Source: a virus
Direction: 5' to 3' (one strand)
Length of the DNA: 40,716 nt
IMG/VR virus record: IMGVR_UViG_3300021168_000053
A program made the position numbers and the translations under genes. The first letter of the stretch is position 1. Every line of letters begins with the position of its first letter. The notes below the pieces were generated by a model. The model saw only the letters and a program-made list of their open reading frames with translations, was not told where the DNA came from and made no database searches. Below are positions 16,246 through 24,404 of this stretch, one piece after another.

Positions 16246-16630
16246 GTGCTCTCTCCTTCAAAAGTGGAAACCGACCCAATAGCTTGTTCATAGCCTTGCG
16301 CAGCACAGGCTGAATTCCAATAGCCAGGAGCTGGCCATTCCAAGGTGGGTCAGGCTCTCGGATCGAAACGAATCGATAGGGCGAGGACGCCAGGGTCTTC
16401 TCTAGCGCCCAGAGTTCGCGCTCGTCTTTGGCGGCCTTGACGATGATATGTGTGGTCTCGGTATGAAGACCAAAGCCTGAGCGAGCGGCAGCATGGCCCA
16501 GCTGCGCATGGCTTACGCCATATGGCAGATCACCACGTATAATGATGAAGTGATGAAGGATTTCCGCCCCATCAGCCTTTGATTCGGCGTCAGCTGGAAC
16601 GGAGAGATTGAATTTCAACCCCTCGTCCAA
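15818..16630 (-). CDS. Peptidyl-tRNA hydrolase, PTH2 (archaeal/eukaryotic-type) family. The conserved domain occupies about 16256..16630. The ORF has no in-frame stop until 15818, giving a 140-aa low-complexity tail that overlaps the next gene in another frame.
   Basis: HHFIIIRGDLPYGVSHAQLGHAAA and IVKAAKDERELWALEKTL...FVSIREPDPPWNGQLLAIGIQPV...LLGRFPLL align along the whole Pth2 fold, including the C-terminal (G)HLKLL-like end. Confidence 0.65.
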   Translation of the reverse strand: MDEGLKFNLSVPADAESKADGAEILHHFIIIRGDLPYGVSHAQLGHAAARSGFGLHTETTHIIVKAAKDERELWALEKTLASSPYRFVSIREPDPPWNGQLLAIGIQPVLRKAMNKLLGRFPLLKERAHDHRNEKSDQATTTAYERYAGGDPTRKDSCSDTIQSVPASRRSGPGRSEAAGVASLRCTCGDAQQAAFQGSEEILADGDAGRMDQDASGRRHALGRSDREDPPHSPILDAPYDFGSAPGGTGRTEARGESSEALVGLQEGED

Positions 16631-16695
16631 GGTAAGCTCAGGAGGGGAAGAATCGACTGTGCCCGCTAGGGCGACCGGCCGGGTGTTAAGCAGAG

Positions 16696-17223
16696 ATGGA
16701 CATGGACCTGAAGCTACTCATGCCCATGGCGATCGTCAAGAGCAATTTCGTAACTCAGCGTCGTGCTATTGAAAGTTTCATGAACTCAGAAGTCGATCTA
16801 TGGGCTGATGCCATCGCGGCACAGGTCTATAGTCTGAGCTTTCATCAATTAGGATGGGACAAACACGATCCTGGTGAACGCGCCAAAGCCCTTCTACGCA
16901 ATACGATAAGAACAGAGGTCCACGCAGCTATTGGGCAGTATCACTCTCAGTTGTTCTTCTACTTCGCCTCGAACCCAATGCCCGAACCATTCGAGGTCGC
17001 GAAAATGATCATCGATGCAGCTGATACTCGGGCTGCGCGTGCGTTGGAACAGACAGAGCCAATCGCCGTTGAAACAGAAACCGCGGAACCACCACCGATG
17101 AATGCGAAGGAGAAGTCCCTTCATGATATGGTGGTTCGCATCACTAAGAGTCTAACTTCTTTTCGGGAAGACGAGGATGAAGCGACTACAATCTTCGTAC
17201 GAAACCGAGACCCTGAATCCTAG
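16696..17223 (+). CDS. Hypothetical protein, 175 aa
   Basis: ORF. Divergent from the Pth2 gene across a 65-nt gap. Confidence 0.5.
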   Translation: MDMDLKLLMPMAIVKSNFVTQRRAIESFMNSEVDLWADAIAAQVYSLSFHQLGWDKHDPGERAKALLRNTIRTEVHAAIGQYHSQLFFYFASNPMPEPFEVAKMIIDAADTRAARALEQTEPIAVETETAEPPPMNAKEKSLHDMVVRITKSLTSFREDEDEATTIFVRNRDPES

Positions 17224-17498
17224 CGACTGACATCCCCTGGACCTACTACTTTACCGAGGTCGTTCCCCGCAGCTACTTCTCTATCGCGACGGTATCGAGG
17301 ATCCCGTAGGGTCCGCTCGAAATCATCAGAGGGCTCATCCCCGTTTGCAATTTCATCGTCTTCCTCTGGACGCTCAGTTCCCATCAGCTGCGTCGTGGCC
17401 ACCTTACGCCGACCTTCTTGTGGCGGGACTGGCATGAAGAAATTATTGGGATCTTCAGCTAGCGCACGTCGAGCTTCAACTACTAGCTTGCGAAACAT
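17220..17498 (-). CDS. Small hypothetical protein, 92 aa, paralogous N-terminus (MFRKLVVEARR) to the adjacent gene
   Basis: ORF. Shares the motif MF.KL..E.RR with 17498..17779. Confidence 0.4.
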   Translation of the reverse strand: MFRKLVVEARRALAEDPNNFFMPVPPQEGRRKVATTQLMGTERPEEDDEIANGDEPSDDFERTLRDPRYRRDREVAAGNDLGKVVGPGDVSR

Positions 17499-17779
17499 TA
17501 GCGTCGTGGAATCGGTGGTGGACCCTTACGAGCCATGGCCGGGATTGGTGGTGGCATAGCTGGCTTGTTTGTGGAGCTGATCGTACCCGCTGGAGCTGGT
17601 CCGCGTCCCGTCGATGGTTTAGACCTCATCGCGAGCTTTTGTTTGAACGCATCTCCACCTGGCGTGGGGCGTGGCTTGTCGGGATTTTCTGGTGGAAGGC
17701 TACGATTTCCACCCGGGGACCATGACCCCTTATATCCCTCTTCGATCCGGCGCCACTCACTGATCAGCTTTGCAAACAT
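17498..17779 (-). CDS. Small Pro-rich hypothetical protein, 93 aa (MFAKLISEWRR N-terminus)
   Basis: ORF. Disordered Pro/Gly-rich body ending PPPIPRR. Confidence 0.4.
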   Translation of the reverse strand: MFAKLISEWRRIEEGYKGSWSPGGNRSLPPENPDKPRPTPGGDAFKQKLAMRSKPSTGRGPAPAGTISSTNKPAMPPPIPAMARKGPPPIPRR

Positions 17780-17825
17780 GTCGTGAGACTACCAAGGATC
17801 TGATCGCTGCGTCAAACCGCAAAAA

Positions 17826-18071
17826 TTACGCGCTTGTACCTCTGGTATCGGGAAGGACGATCATGAACCCAACCTGGAACAAGCGTTCGAGATTCTCCCA
17901 TAGCTCGTCCCTGGTCTTTCCAAGCTCCTCGGGATTTACAACGGTGATGACTGTCATTCGCTCCTGGGGGCGCCAGATTCCATAGAACGAAGCCATCGTT
18001 TTCAAGATCTCGTATCGGTCCATCACCACATTGTACGATCCACACTGTGCCGGATTACCATTGATTGACAA
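17826..18071 (-). CDS. Hypothetical protein, 81 aa
   Basis: ORF only. Confidence 0.35.
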   Translation of the reverse strand: MSINGNPAQCGSYNVVMDRYEILKTMASFYGIWRPQERMTVITVVNPEELGKTRDELWENLERLFQVGFMIVLPDTRGTSA

Positions 18072-18105
18072 TTAGCAGCAGCAAAGGCGAATTTGGCCAA
18101 CGGTC

Positions 18106-18360
18106 ATGCGAAGAAACTGGGAGAACCTGCCTAACAGCTACTTCGTCGGTAAGTTCGTAAACATCGGACTCGCAGCCTACGAGCCGAAGCTCCGCGCGCA
18201 CATCAAAGAACTGATCTGGATCAAAGTCACCGGCAGCTATGGCAATTGGCTCGTCGGTGAGATAGACGATGAACCACGCCTCCGGCAAGATACGAAACGC
18301 GGTGACGTGATCCTCTTCGCAAAACAAGCCATCGACAAGATCCTGGGAGTCTCAGAATGA
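18106..18360 (+). CDS. Hypothetical protein, 84 aa
   Basis: ORF. Stop overlaps the next start (ATGA), supporting a two-gene plus-strand operon. Confidence 0.5.
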   Translation: MRRNWENLPNSYFVGKFVNIGLAAYEPKLRAHIKELIWIKVTGSYGNWLVGEIDDEPRLRQDTKRGDVILFAKQAIDKILGVSE

Positions 18361-18626
18361 GCGTCGACGACAAGATCACTATCGAACGCGAGCTTGGCGC
18401 GTGGGAATCAGAACATTATCCGACGGAGGGCCAAGATCACTCATGTATTCACTACCACGCCTTCATCGATCTCATTGATCTGATCGAAAGGCTGGTTGAA
18501 GACGAACGTCGGGCCTGGATCAAGGAGATGAATCAATTGATCAAAGAGACGATGGAGAACCCGGAATACTCGCGGGCGACCACCGAAGCGGCAATGCGAT
18601 CCTTCGTCAACAGACGGACCCGTTGA
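18357..18626 (+). CDS. Hypothetical protein, 89 aa
   Basis: ORF coupled to 18106..18360. Confidence 0.5.
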   Translation: MSVDDKITIERELGAWESEHYPTEGQDHSCIHYHAFIDLIDLIERLVEDERRAWIKEMNQLIKETMENPEYSRATTEAAMRSFVNRRTR

Positions 18627-18742
18627 GCTTATCCACAACCTACTCACTATGATTTCACAGGAAAAATCGAATCTCGCCTAAGCACTGCTAAATATTCGCC
18701 TTAGCCATTGGCAGCATCCGGCTTGGCGTTTATTTTGGCTGC

Positions 18743-18979
18743 ATGGCGATGCTGACATGCGAGAGACTCAGGTCCCGCGGGTATGACCATCATTGTTGTG
18801 CTCCGTGTCATGCCGGCGGCGATGGAATGCAGGGACTAATCCTGCCCGACAACACCCCAGCCTATCTGTGCTGCCGAGCGTCTCTTTGGGCACAAAGAGA
18901 GTTGCAGGCGAAGCTGGCCTGGGCCGTGATGGACGACACAAAGATCAGGCAGCTTTTCCCGGACTGGGACAACTCCTAG
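18743..18979 (+). CDS. Possible Cys/His-rich small protein, 78 aa
   Basis: ORF filling an otherwise 350-nt gap (HHCCAPCH...C...CC). Weak evidence. Confidence 0.25.
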   Translation: MAMLTCERLRSRGYDHHCCAPCHAGGDGMQGLILPDNTPAYLCCRASLWAQRELQAKLAWAVMDDTKIRQLFPDWDNS

Positions 18980-19659
18980 AGCGCAGCCTTCGTCTTGTGA
19001 TGCAGATGTCGTACGTTCGCGTGGTGAGCGCGCATCGAGTAATAGGAGTGATCTTCGGTCCCTGGACCTGTCACGTCGGCAGCTTCCCGTGATGCCTGCG
19101 ATGCGGCCCCCCAGTGCTTTGCCGCCTTTTCATGGGTATCCCGGTGCCGCGGAGACCATGGTTGGACGCCATCCGCGTGCTTGGTGGCGTTCTCAGCTTC
19201 CTTGTGTGTCCACTTCTCGAAATCGTATGGGTGTTCGTTGTTCCACTTCTCTTTGTGCAGCGCCCTGTGCGGGTAGTGACCAATAAACTCCTGCTCCCGG
19301 TGACTCAGGTGTGCCTCATGTGCCCCGCCCATCCACGCTCCGAATTGATCACGATGCTTCTTGGCTGCATCCACATGACGATTCGCCAGCTCCTCATTCC
19401 CCTTGGTATACTGGCTCTTAGCTGCTCCAAGATGTGCAAGCTCCGCTTGACCATGAGTCCAAGCAGCCTGGACAGCTCGATCGTGCTTGTCGATCGCGGG
19501 GATAGCGGGGTCATAGTGCAGCTCGGTTGCGTGCTGATCGTGAGCATCGGCATGCTTTGAGGCCTCGGTTGCATGAGCCGAAGCATCGTGGTGAGCTGCA
19601 TCCTGCTCGACGAGAGGAGCTGCGCCCCTCCATTCTTGGATAAAGTCTCTGAACATCAC
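18976..19659 (-). CDS. Histidine-rich hypothetical protein, 227 aa (many HxxxH/HH pairs)
   Basis: Long ORF. Very high His content (AHHDASAH, HADAHDQH, HANVRHLHH). Possible metal-binding protein. Confidence 0.5.
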   Translation of the reverse strand: MMFRDFIQEWRGAAPLVEQDAAHHDASAHATEASKHADAHDQHATELHYDPAIPAIDKHDRAVQAAWTHGQAELAHLGAAKSQYTKGNEELANRHVDAAKKHRDQFGAWMGGAHEAHLSHREQEFIGHYPHRALHKEKWNNEHPYDFEKWTHKEAENATKHADGVQPWSPRHRDTHEKAAKHWGAASQASREAADVTGPGTEDHSYYSMRAHHANVRHLHHKTKAAL

Positions 19660-19672
19660 GCGACCAGGCTAC

Positions 19673-19912
19673 TTGTCTAGATCAGATCCGTCAACCGCTC
19701 ACGATCAATTGACAATCAGCTTGTCTGAGTGCGTGATAATCCTGATGAAAAAGGTAAGTACAACCGTTTATCTGACACCATCCCAAGTCCAGAGACTCAA
19801 AGCCCTGACTGAAACCACCAAAGTTCCGACGGCTGAGTACATCCGCCAGGGAATCGACATGATCCTCGCCCATATCGAAAGCAATCCCAACGTCATCCGT
19901 TTCGATAAGTAA
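19673..19912 (+). CDS. Ribbon-helix-helix (CopG/Arc/ParD-like) DNA-binding protein. The likely core starts at the internal Met (19745).
   Basis: VSTTVYLTPSQVQRLKALTETTKVPTAEYIRQGIDMIL is a typical beta-strand plus two-helix RHH pattern. Confidence 0.45.
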   Translation: MSRSDPSTAHDQLTISLSECVIILMKKVSTTVYLTPSQVQRLKALTETTKVPTAEYIRQGIDMILAHIESNPNVIRFDK

Positions 19913-19954
19913 GCCCTGGCTTGCTTGGCCGTACAACTCGAACACGGAGGAATT

Positions 19955-20539
19955 ATGCGCATCGCTTTCTATGGGGGCAGTTTCAATCCCCCCCACGTCG
20001 GACACCAGTTGACCCTGGCGTATGTGCTGTCGACGCAGAACGTCGACGAGGTATGGGTCGCGCCCGTGTTCAATCATCCCGATGGTAAGCAGTTGGTCGA
20101 TTTCGATCACCGCCTAGCTATGTGCCAGCACATGGTGTCGATGTTCGACAACAACCGCGTCGTAGTGAAGGACACCGAGAAAGAGGTCTACGAGCAGTTC
20201 GGAAGCGGCCTCACCATCAACACCGTTCGGTACCTTCTAAACAGGCCGAAGCTGGATGGCCACCAGCTCCTGCTCATTCTGGGCTATGACATCCTTCCGT
20301 CATTCGAGCGCTGGCAAGGCTACGAGGAGCTGGCAAAATTGCGATCCGCTGGCAAGTTGGACTTCTTCTTCGTAGGTCGCACTGGCCACGGCCATAGCCC
20401 CGTCGAAATGCCCCGCATCAGCTCAACCGAGATTCGCCAGATGCTTCTCAGCTCTGGCGAAATGAATGACGGCATGCTCGCCGGCATGTTGCCATCTGGC
20501 GTGCGTAAGTACATCCGGTCCACGAGGCTTTATCGATAG
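19955..20539 (+). CDS. nadD: Nicotinate/nicotinamide mononucleotide adenylyltransferase (NadD-type). ORF track start is 19925.
   Basis: AFYGGSFNPPHVGHQ (the (H/T)xGH nucleotidyltransferase motif of NadD) and C-terminal ISSTEIRQ motif. GGAGG lies 5 nt upstream of ATG 19955. Confidence 0.8.
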   Translation: MRIAFYGGSFNPPHVGHQLTLAYVLSTQNVDEVWVAPVFNHPDGKQLVDFDHRLAMCQHMVSMFDNNRVVVKDTEKEVYEQFGSGLTINTVRYLLNRPKLDGHQLLLILGYDILPSFERWQGYEELAKLRSAGKLDFFFVGRTGHGHSPVEMPRISSTEIRQMLLSSGEMNDGMLAGMLPSGVRKYIRSTRLYR

Positions 20540-20575
20540 CTGTAATACCAGCTGCAATTCGCCGTACAACGACCC

Positions 20576-21109
20576 ATGAGGTCAAGAGAATCCAAGGTCA
20601 TCGTTCGGCCCCAGGTAGCAGACTTTCGCTCGATTACCCGGAGAGCTAACCGCCTCGTAACAACCGTGAATCTCCACGTTCATTTCGAGAAATTCCCGTG
20701 GCTGATCTTCGGTCAGTGCGATTTTCAGTATCACGAAAGTCTCAAGCAGTGGCTCTTGAAGGCCTATCTCCCGGAAGGGGTCACCGACCCGGAGCACGAC
20801 AGCGCCTACGCTTTCCGTCTGCCGCTGGTGGGACTTCAGTTCAGTGGCCTTTGGTATCACCAGAGCCACTTTGATGCATGGGTCGACCCATCTGGAGCCG
20901 ACGACTTTCGCGTTCCGAAAACCGGGTACGATCCGCTGAAGTTGGCTGACACGCAGACGTGCACTGACTGCGACGAGAAGCATTTGATCGTCCCAGAGGG
21001 GCATTACGTGCCCCCGTTCGACCCTGATTTATTCAAGATGGTCGGTGGGAAGAGAGTCGAGATCGTAGTCGGATTCGTGGAGGAGGAGACGGAGGGATCA
21101 GGGACCTGA
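20576..21109 (+). CDS. Hypothetical protein, 177 aa
   Basis: ORF only. Confidence 0.45.
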   Translation: MRSRESKVIVRPQVADFRSITRRANRLVTTVNLHVHFEKFPWLIFGQCDFQYHESLKQWLLKAYLPEGVTDPEHDSAYAFRLPLVGLQFSGLWYHQSHFDAWVDPSGADDFRVPKTGYDPLKLADTQTCTDCDEKHLIVPEGHYVPPFDPDLFKMVGGKRVEIVVGFVEEETEGSGT

Positions 21110-21703
21110 AGGCCGCCTGCGCGCCTCGCCGAGGCGGTTTACCATCTCATCGTAATTCTTGCCGTCGTACCTGACCACATTTGGATGTTTGAAATCGATG
21201 TTCCACCGCTGGGCAATCATTATGACAAGCCCACGCGGTCGCCAGGTCAACCATCGCACGATGTACTCCGGCCAGTCATCGGCAAGGACGCGGCCGTATA
21301 CGAGTCCCTTGTCGCGACCAACGATCACTGGCGTTTCAGGTACATTGATATTGCACCAGTCGACCTTCTCACCCCACGCCCAGGTCGGCACCTTAGGACC
21401 GTTGGTCAGGACCAACTGGGTGTATTCAAGATTACGACAGGCCTCGAACACGTCGAACCCAAGCTGGATCCTCGGGAGGGTCCGCCAGAATCCAGGCTGG
21501 CTCTTGACCAGCCGACGACGCTCCTTATGCCAATCTGGCTCAGTGGCTTGGTTTGCGAGTAGCTTTGATCCTATGTCATTCTCGCCAGGGGAGGCGATCT
21601 TCTTGAGACCTTCTAGCATAGCGCCATCGAAGTCGGCCATGCTGCCATCGAGATCGTGAAGAGATACTGGCTCTGGGGGTGGGATATTCTCAGGATCAAT
21701 CAC
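21098..21703 (-). CDS. 5'(3')-deoxyribonucleotidase (NT5C family, HAD superfamily)
   Basis: DLDGSMADFDGA (DMDGVLADFEGG-type motif I), GFWRTLP, and a C-terminal region colinear with cytosolic/mitochondrial deoxyribonucleotidases. 201 aa. Confidence 0.75.
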   Translation of the reverse strand: MIDPENIPPPEPVSLHDLDGSMADFDGAMLEGLKKIASPGENDIGSKLLANQATEPDWHKERRRLVKSQPGFWRTLPRIQLGFDVFEACRNLEYTQLVLTNGPKVPTWAWGEKVDWCNINVPETPVIVGRDKGLVYGRVLADDWPEYIVRWLTWRPRGLVIMIAQRWNIDFKHPNVVRYDGKNYDEMVNRLGEARRRPSGP

Positions 21704-21906
21704 ATGGGCCTCCCTCGTTCAATTCCTGTTTTGATTCCAAGAATCGCCAATACACAGTCCGTACAGTAGTCGCCTGCTTTCAGAAGTAACATCCTATCGA
21801 CTTCCTGATCATGTCTCTTCCGTGCAGCAACCACGTCGCCTGCGAAGCTGAAATCCGCCTCCGTGTGGCGATGGTTGTCGCATGTACGGATGGTCTTGGT
21901 TGCCAT
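21700..21906 (-). CDS. Small hypothetical protein, 68 aa
   Basis: ORF only. Confidence 0.35.
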   Translation of the reverse strand: MATKTIRTCDNHRHTEADFSFAGDVVAARKRHDQEVDRMLLLKAGDYCTDCVLAILGIKTGIERGRPM

Positions 21907-21910
21907 CGGT

Positions 21911-22438
21911 CTACTCCAGGACTGGCTGTTTGGGATCTAGATCGACGACAGTGCTGTGCCACCAGGGAGGGAAACGCTCCAGCTCGGAAACGAGTCTAGC
22001 GTGCTGGTCCGTTATCATTTCTAGCGTTACGCTATGTCTGTTGCGCTGATAGGCCTTCTCGGGATTCATTATCAGGGTGATGATCTCGACGTTATATCCG
22101 TACGCCTGGGCCACGGCTACATACGGCGCAAACTCAACAAGCGACGTATTCGTGTTATCGCAAACAATCAATTGCTGCTGCTGCGAACACGCAACTATCC
22201 ATCCCTTGAGACACCACTGATGCGCCTCGGAGAGGAGACTCGGATCGAATTCGTACTTCCCCTGATTGTTCTGCTGAAAGAAATGATCCGCAGAGAACAC
22301 CCTGGCGCCATAGTTGCTCACGAGCTTCATTGCCATCGTGGACTTGCCTGCCCCAGAACATCCGCGGTACACAATTGCCTTCATCCGTCGCTCCTGTTTG
22401 AGCCGTCTGAAGATTTGTTTGACGGTCTCCGTAGCCAT
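21911..22438 (-). CDS. P-loop kinase, polynucleotide-kinase (T4 Pnk kinase-domain/AAA_33)-like
   Basis: AIVYRGCSGAGKST Walker A. Spacing and the CDNTN segment are colinear with the T4 Pnk kinase domain (GCPGSGKST...SDTNLN). 175 aa. Confidence 0.6.
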   Translation of the reverse strand: MATETVKQIFRRLKQERRMKAIVYRGCSGAGKSTMAMKLVSNYGARVFSADHFFQQNNQGKYEFDPSLLSEAHQWCLKGWIVACSQQQQLIVCDNTNTSLVEFAPYVAVAQAYGYNVEIITLIMNPEKAYQRNRHSVTLEMITDQHARLVSELERFPPWWHSTVVDLDPKQPVLE

Positions 22439-22469
22439 AGACGCAACTGCTCCTCAACTTCTGACACCT

Positions 22470-22973
22470 TCAACGGATGATTTTCACAGCTTCCAACCAA
22501 CGCCTTGCGACTATGAGCCCATCCTCGCCTCGTTCGTCTATATAGAGATAGCGATTGAGCTTCCCGTGCTTCTTGAGAACCTCTTCTGCCTCTGCTCCTA
22601 TCCCATCTTCGAGCCAGTAGAAGTCCTCATTCGGCACGTCGATCGCGTCGATTTTGTCACCCCATCTCCCACCAGACCAGCGAGGTGGCATGCGACGCCA
22701 GTTGACATACTCGAACTCGGTTGCGACATGCGAATAGCCCAGCGTCATGAAGCCGGCGGTCTCCCGCTGCTTCTGATCGTTCGTCTTGCCTAGGAGCTGA
22801 TCTTCCCCCCAGCACGTGAGCCACTTGCAGTTGAATCGCTCAGCCGCCCACAACATGAACGAATTCGCTCCTGGTCGAAGCTGATATGAGCACGGATCAC
22901 CATAGAGCCCGAAGAAGACCCCGTCTACATCGAGGTACAAATTTGGCTTCTTCTCCTGTCCCATGGTGTCCAT
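22470..22973 (-). CDS. HAD-superfamily phosphatase, Pnk 3'-phosphatase-domain-like. ORF track start is 23036; the proposed start is 22973.
   Basis: LYLDVDGVFF (DxDG motif I, as in T4 Pnk VIFDVDGTLA). AAGGAGAAGGA RBS lies before the internal ATG, which avoids the 59-nt overlap with the upstream gene. Confidence 0.55.
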   Translation of the reverse strand: MDTMGQEKKPNLYLDVDGVFFGLYGDPCSYQLRPGANSFMLWAAERFNCKWLTCWGEDQLLGKTNDQKQRETAGFMTLGYSHVATEFEYVNWRRMPPRWSGGRWGDKIDAIDVPNEDFYWLEDGIGAEAEEVLKKHGKLNRYLYIDERGEDGLIVARRWLEAVKIIR

Positions 22974-22977
22974 GTCC

Positions 22978-23736
22978 CTATCCTTCTCCTTGTCCCAACC
23001 ACTTTGCGTACTTCGCTCTGGCACGAACTCGGACAAATTCCGGGTTCGGCCCCAGTTGTTGATCCTTGATTATCATCGCCGTCATGACGCCACCGAAGCA
23101 ACAGCCGGTGTCAATGCCGTAGCAGGTGACACCATCCTTCGGATGGTCGATCCGAGGATGCCAAAGATCATGGACAATATGGCCATAGACGACGTTTTCA
23201 GGACCAGTCCAAACGATTGACCACTCTTTCGACTCTGGCGGCCTGAACCCTGGTTTCGACGCCTTGAAGAGACCGTCGTTCTCCCCAACAAACCGAACAC
23301 GCAAGCAGGCGTTCGGATTTTGCTTGGCAACCGGGATATGGGGCTCGAATCCCGCGTGTACCATCATAAGCCGATCGAAGACTTTGATCGTCAGTGGCCA
23401 ACTCGCCATGTACTCGATGTCTTCGGGTCTCAAGCTCTCCCAGACAGCTTGCTTTTCCGGTCCCAGTTGGATCGGATTCTTCTTCCCTGTGCCAGCGTTG
23501 TTCTTCTCGTGCTTGGCGTACCTGACGTATTTCTCGTCATGGTTGCCCATTGCGACACGGGCGCGAAACTCCTTCGTCCGCCGCACGCACCCGACAGAAT
23601 CTGGGCCTCGATCAACCATGTCGCCAACGAAGAAGAGGTTATCGACTCCAGTCCGATACTCAACGAGCTTGAGAAGCTCATCCAGCTCCTCTAGGCAGCC
23701 GTGAACATCGCCGATCACTATGTCACGACCTCGCAT
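22978..23736 (-). CDS. PPP-family metallophosphoesterase (lambda phosphatase/ApaH-like Ser/Thr phosphatase)
   Basis: GDVHGC, GDMVDRGPDS and GNHD motifs in canonical order. 252 aa. Confidence 0.85.
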   Translation of the reverse strand: MRGRDIVIGDVHGCLEELDELLKLVEYRTGVDNLFFVGDMVDRGPDSVGCVRRTKEFRARVAMGNHDEKYVRYAKHEKNNAGTGKKNPIQLGPEKQAVWESLRPEDIEYMASWPLTIKVFDRLMMVHAGFEPHIPVAKQNPNACLRVRFVGENDGLFKASKPGFRPPESKEWSIVWTGPENVVYGHIVHDLWHPRIDHPKDGVTCYGIDTGCCFGGVMTAMIIKDQQLGPNPEFVRVRARAKYAKWLGQGEG

Positions 23737-23908
23737 TGGATTTGTCCTCGCAGTGCTTCCTCGCAGAACTCATTACATTGCTCTTTCTTCCACGTTCGGA
23801 ACGCATCGCGACTGCGGGGCCAGCATCGGCTCGCAGATCGTGATTGTCTAGCTGTGCGATTGGAGTCGGGAACAGCTGAGGCGTAGCGATGCGAAGCGCA
23901 GATCTCTC

Positions 23909-23940
23909 GGACAGCCCTATTGCTGTCCTTCTATTTTTGT
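23909..23940 (+). terminator. Terminator-like hairpin GGACAGC-CCTATT-GCTGTCC followed by TTCTATTTTTGTCTT, in a 270-nt gap between two minus-strand genes
   Basis: Seen in sequence. The orientation (T-tract on the plus strand) does not match the flanking genes, which suggests a small plus-strand transcript. Confidence 0.35.
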
Positions 23941-24005
23941 CTTGTTGAGTAAAGAATCGCGCAGAGAGGCAGTGGTGTCAAGGATCAGCTACGAAGACCG
24001 CGGGA

Positions 24006-24320
24006 TCACGACAATTCGAGGAACCACCTGTACTCGTGTGTCACGCCCTCGTACTTCTCCAGCCAACGCTGCCCTATGATCGCAACTCGACCATCTTCGC
24101 CTCTATAGACACGCGCTTCGGCATGCCCAACCTGGCCATCCTTGCTGAACACCGTTTTCCAGAGGCTGGAATTCGGCACCCTCTCAAGAATCACCTGGTA
24201 GTCGCTTCCAAACTGCTCAAACTCGAACGAGATCTTGTGATTTAGTACGTCCGCGCCACGGACGAGAGACTCATAAAATTTGCCGGTTCCAATCTCTACC
24301 CAAACTGCGACTCCGTTCAT
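24006..24320 (-). CDS. Hypothetical protein, 104 aa
   Basis: ORF only. Confidence 0.45.
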   Translation of the reverse strand: MNGVAVWVEIGTGKFYESLVRGADVLNHKISFEFEQFGSDYQVILERVPNSSLWKTVFSKDGQVGHAEARVYRGEDGRVAIIGQRWLEKYEGVTHEYRWFLELS

Positions 24321-24404
24321 CAGCTCCTCCGCCCATGAAACCGTCAGGAGATTAGCTCACTGCCTGTAAGAGGTCCAGTAGGCAAGCGTACAACTTGGTG
24401 TCGA

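Noticed and set aside
18627-18742. Short repeated words TCGCCTAAG / CGCCTTAG in the 18627-18742 intergenic region
   Set aside because: Only two imperfect copies, with no inverted symmetry. Too weak to call a regulatory site.
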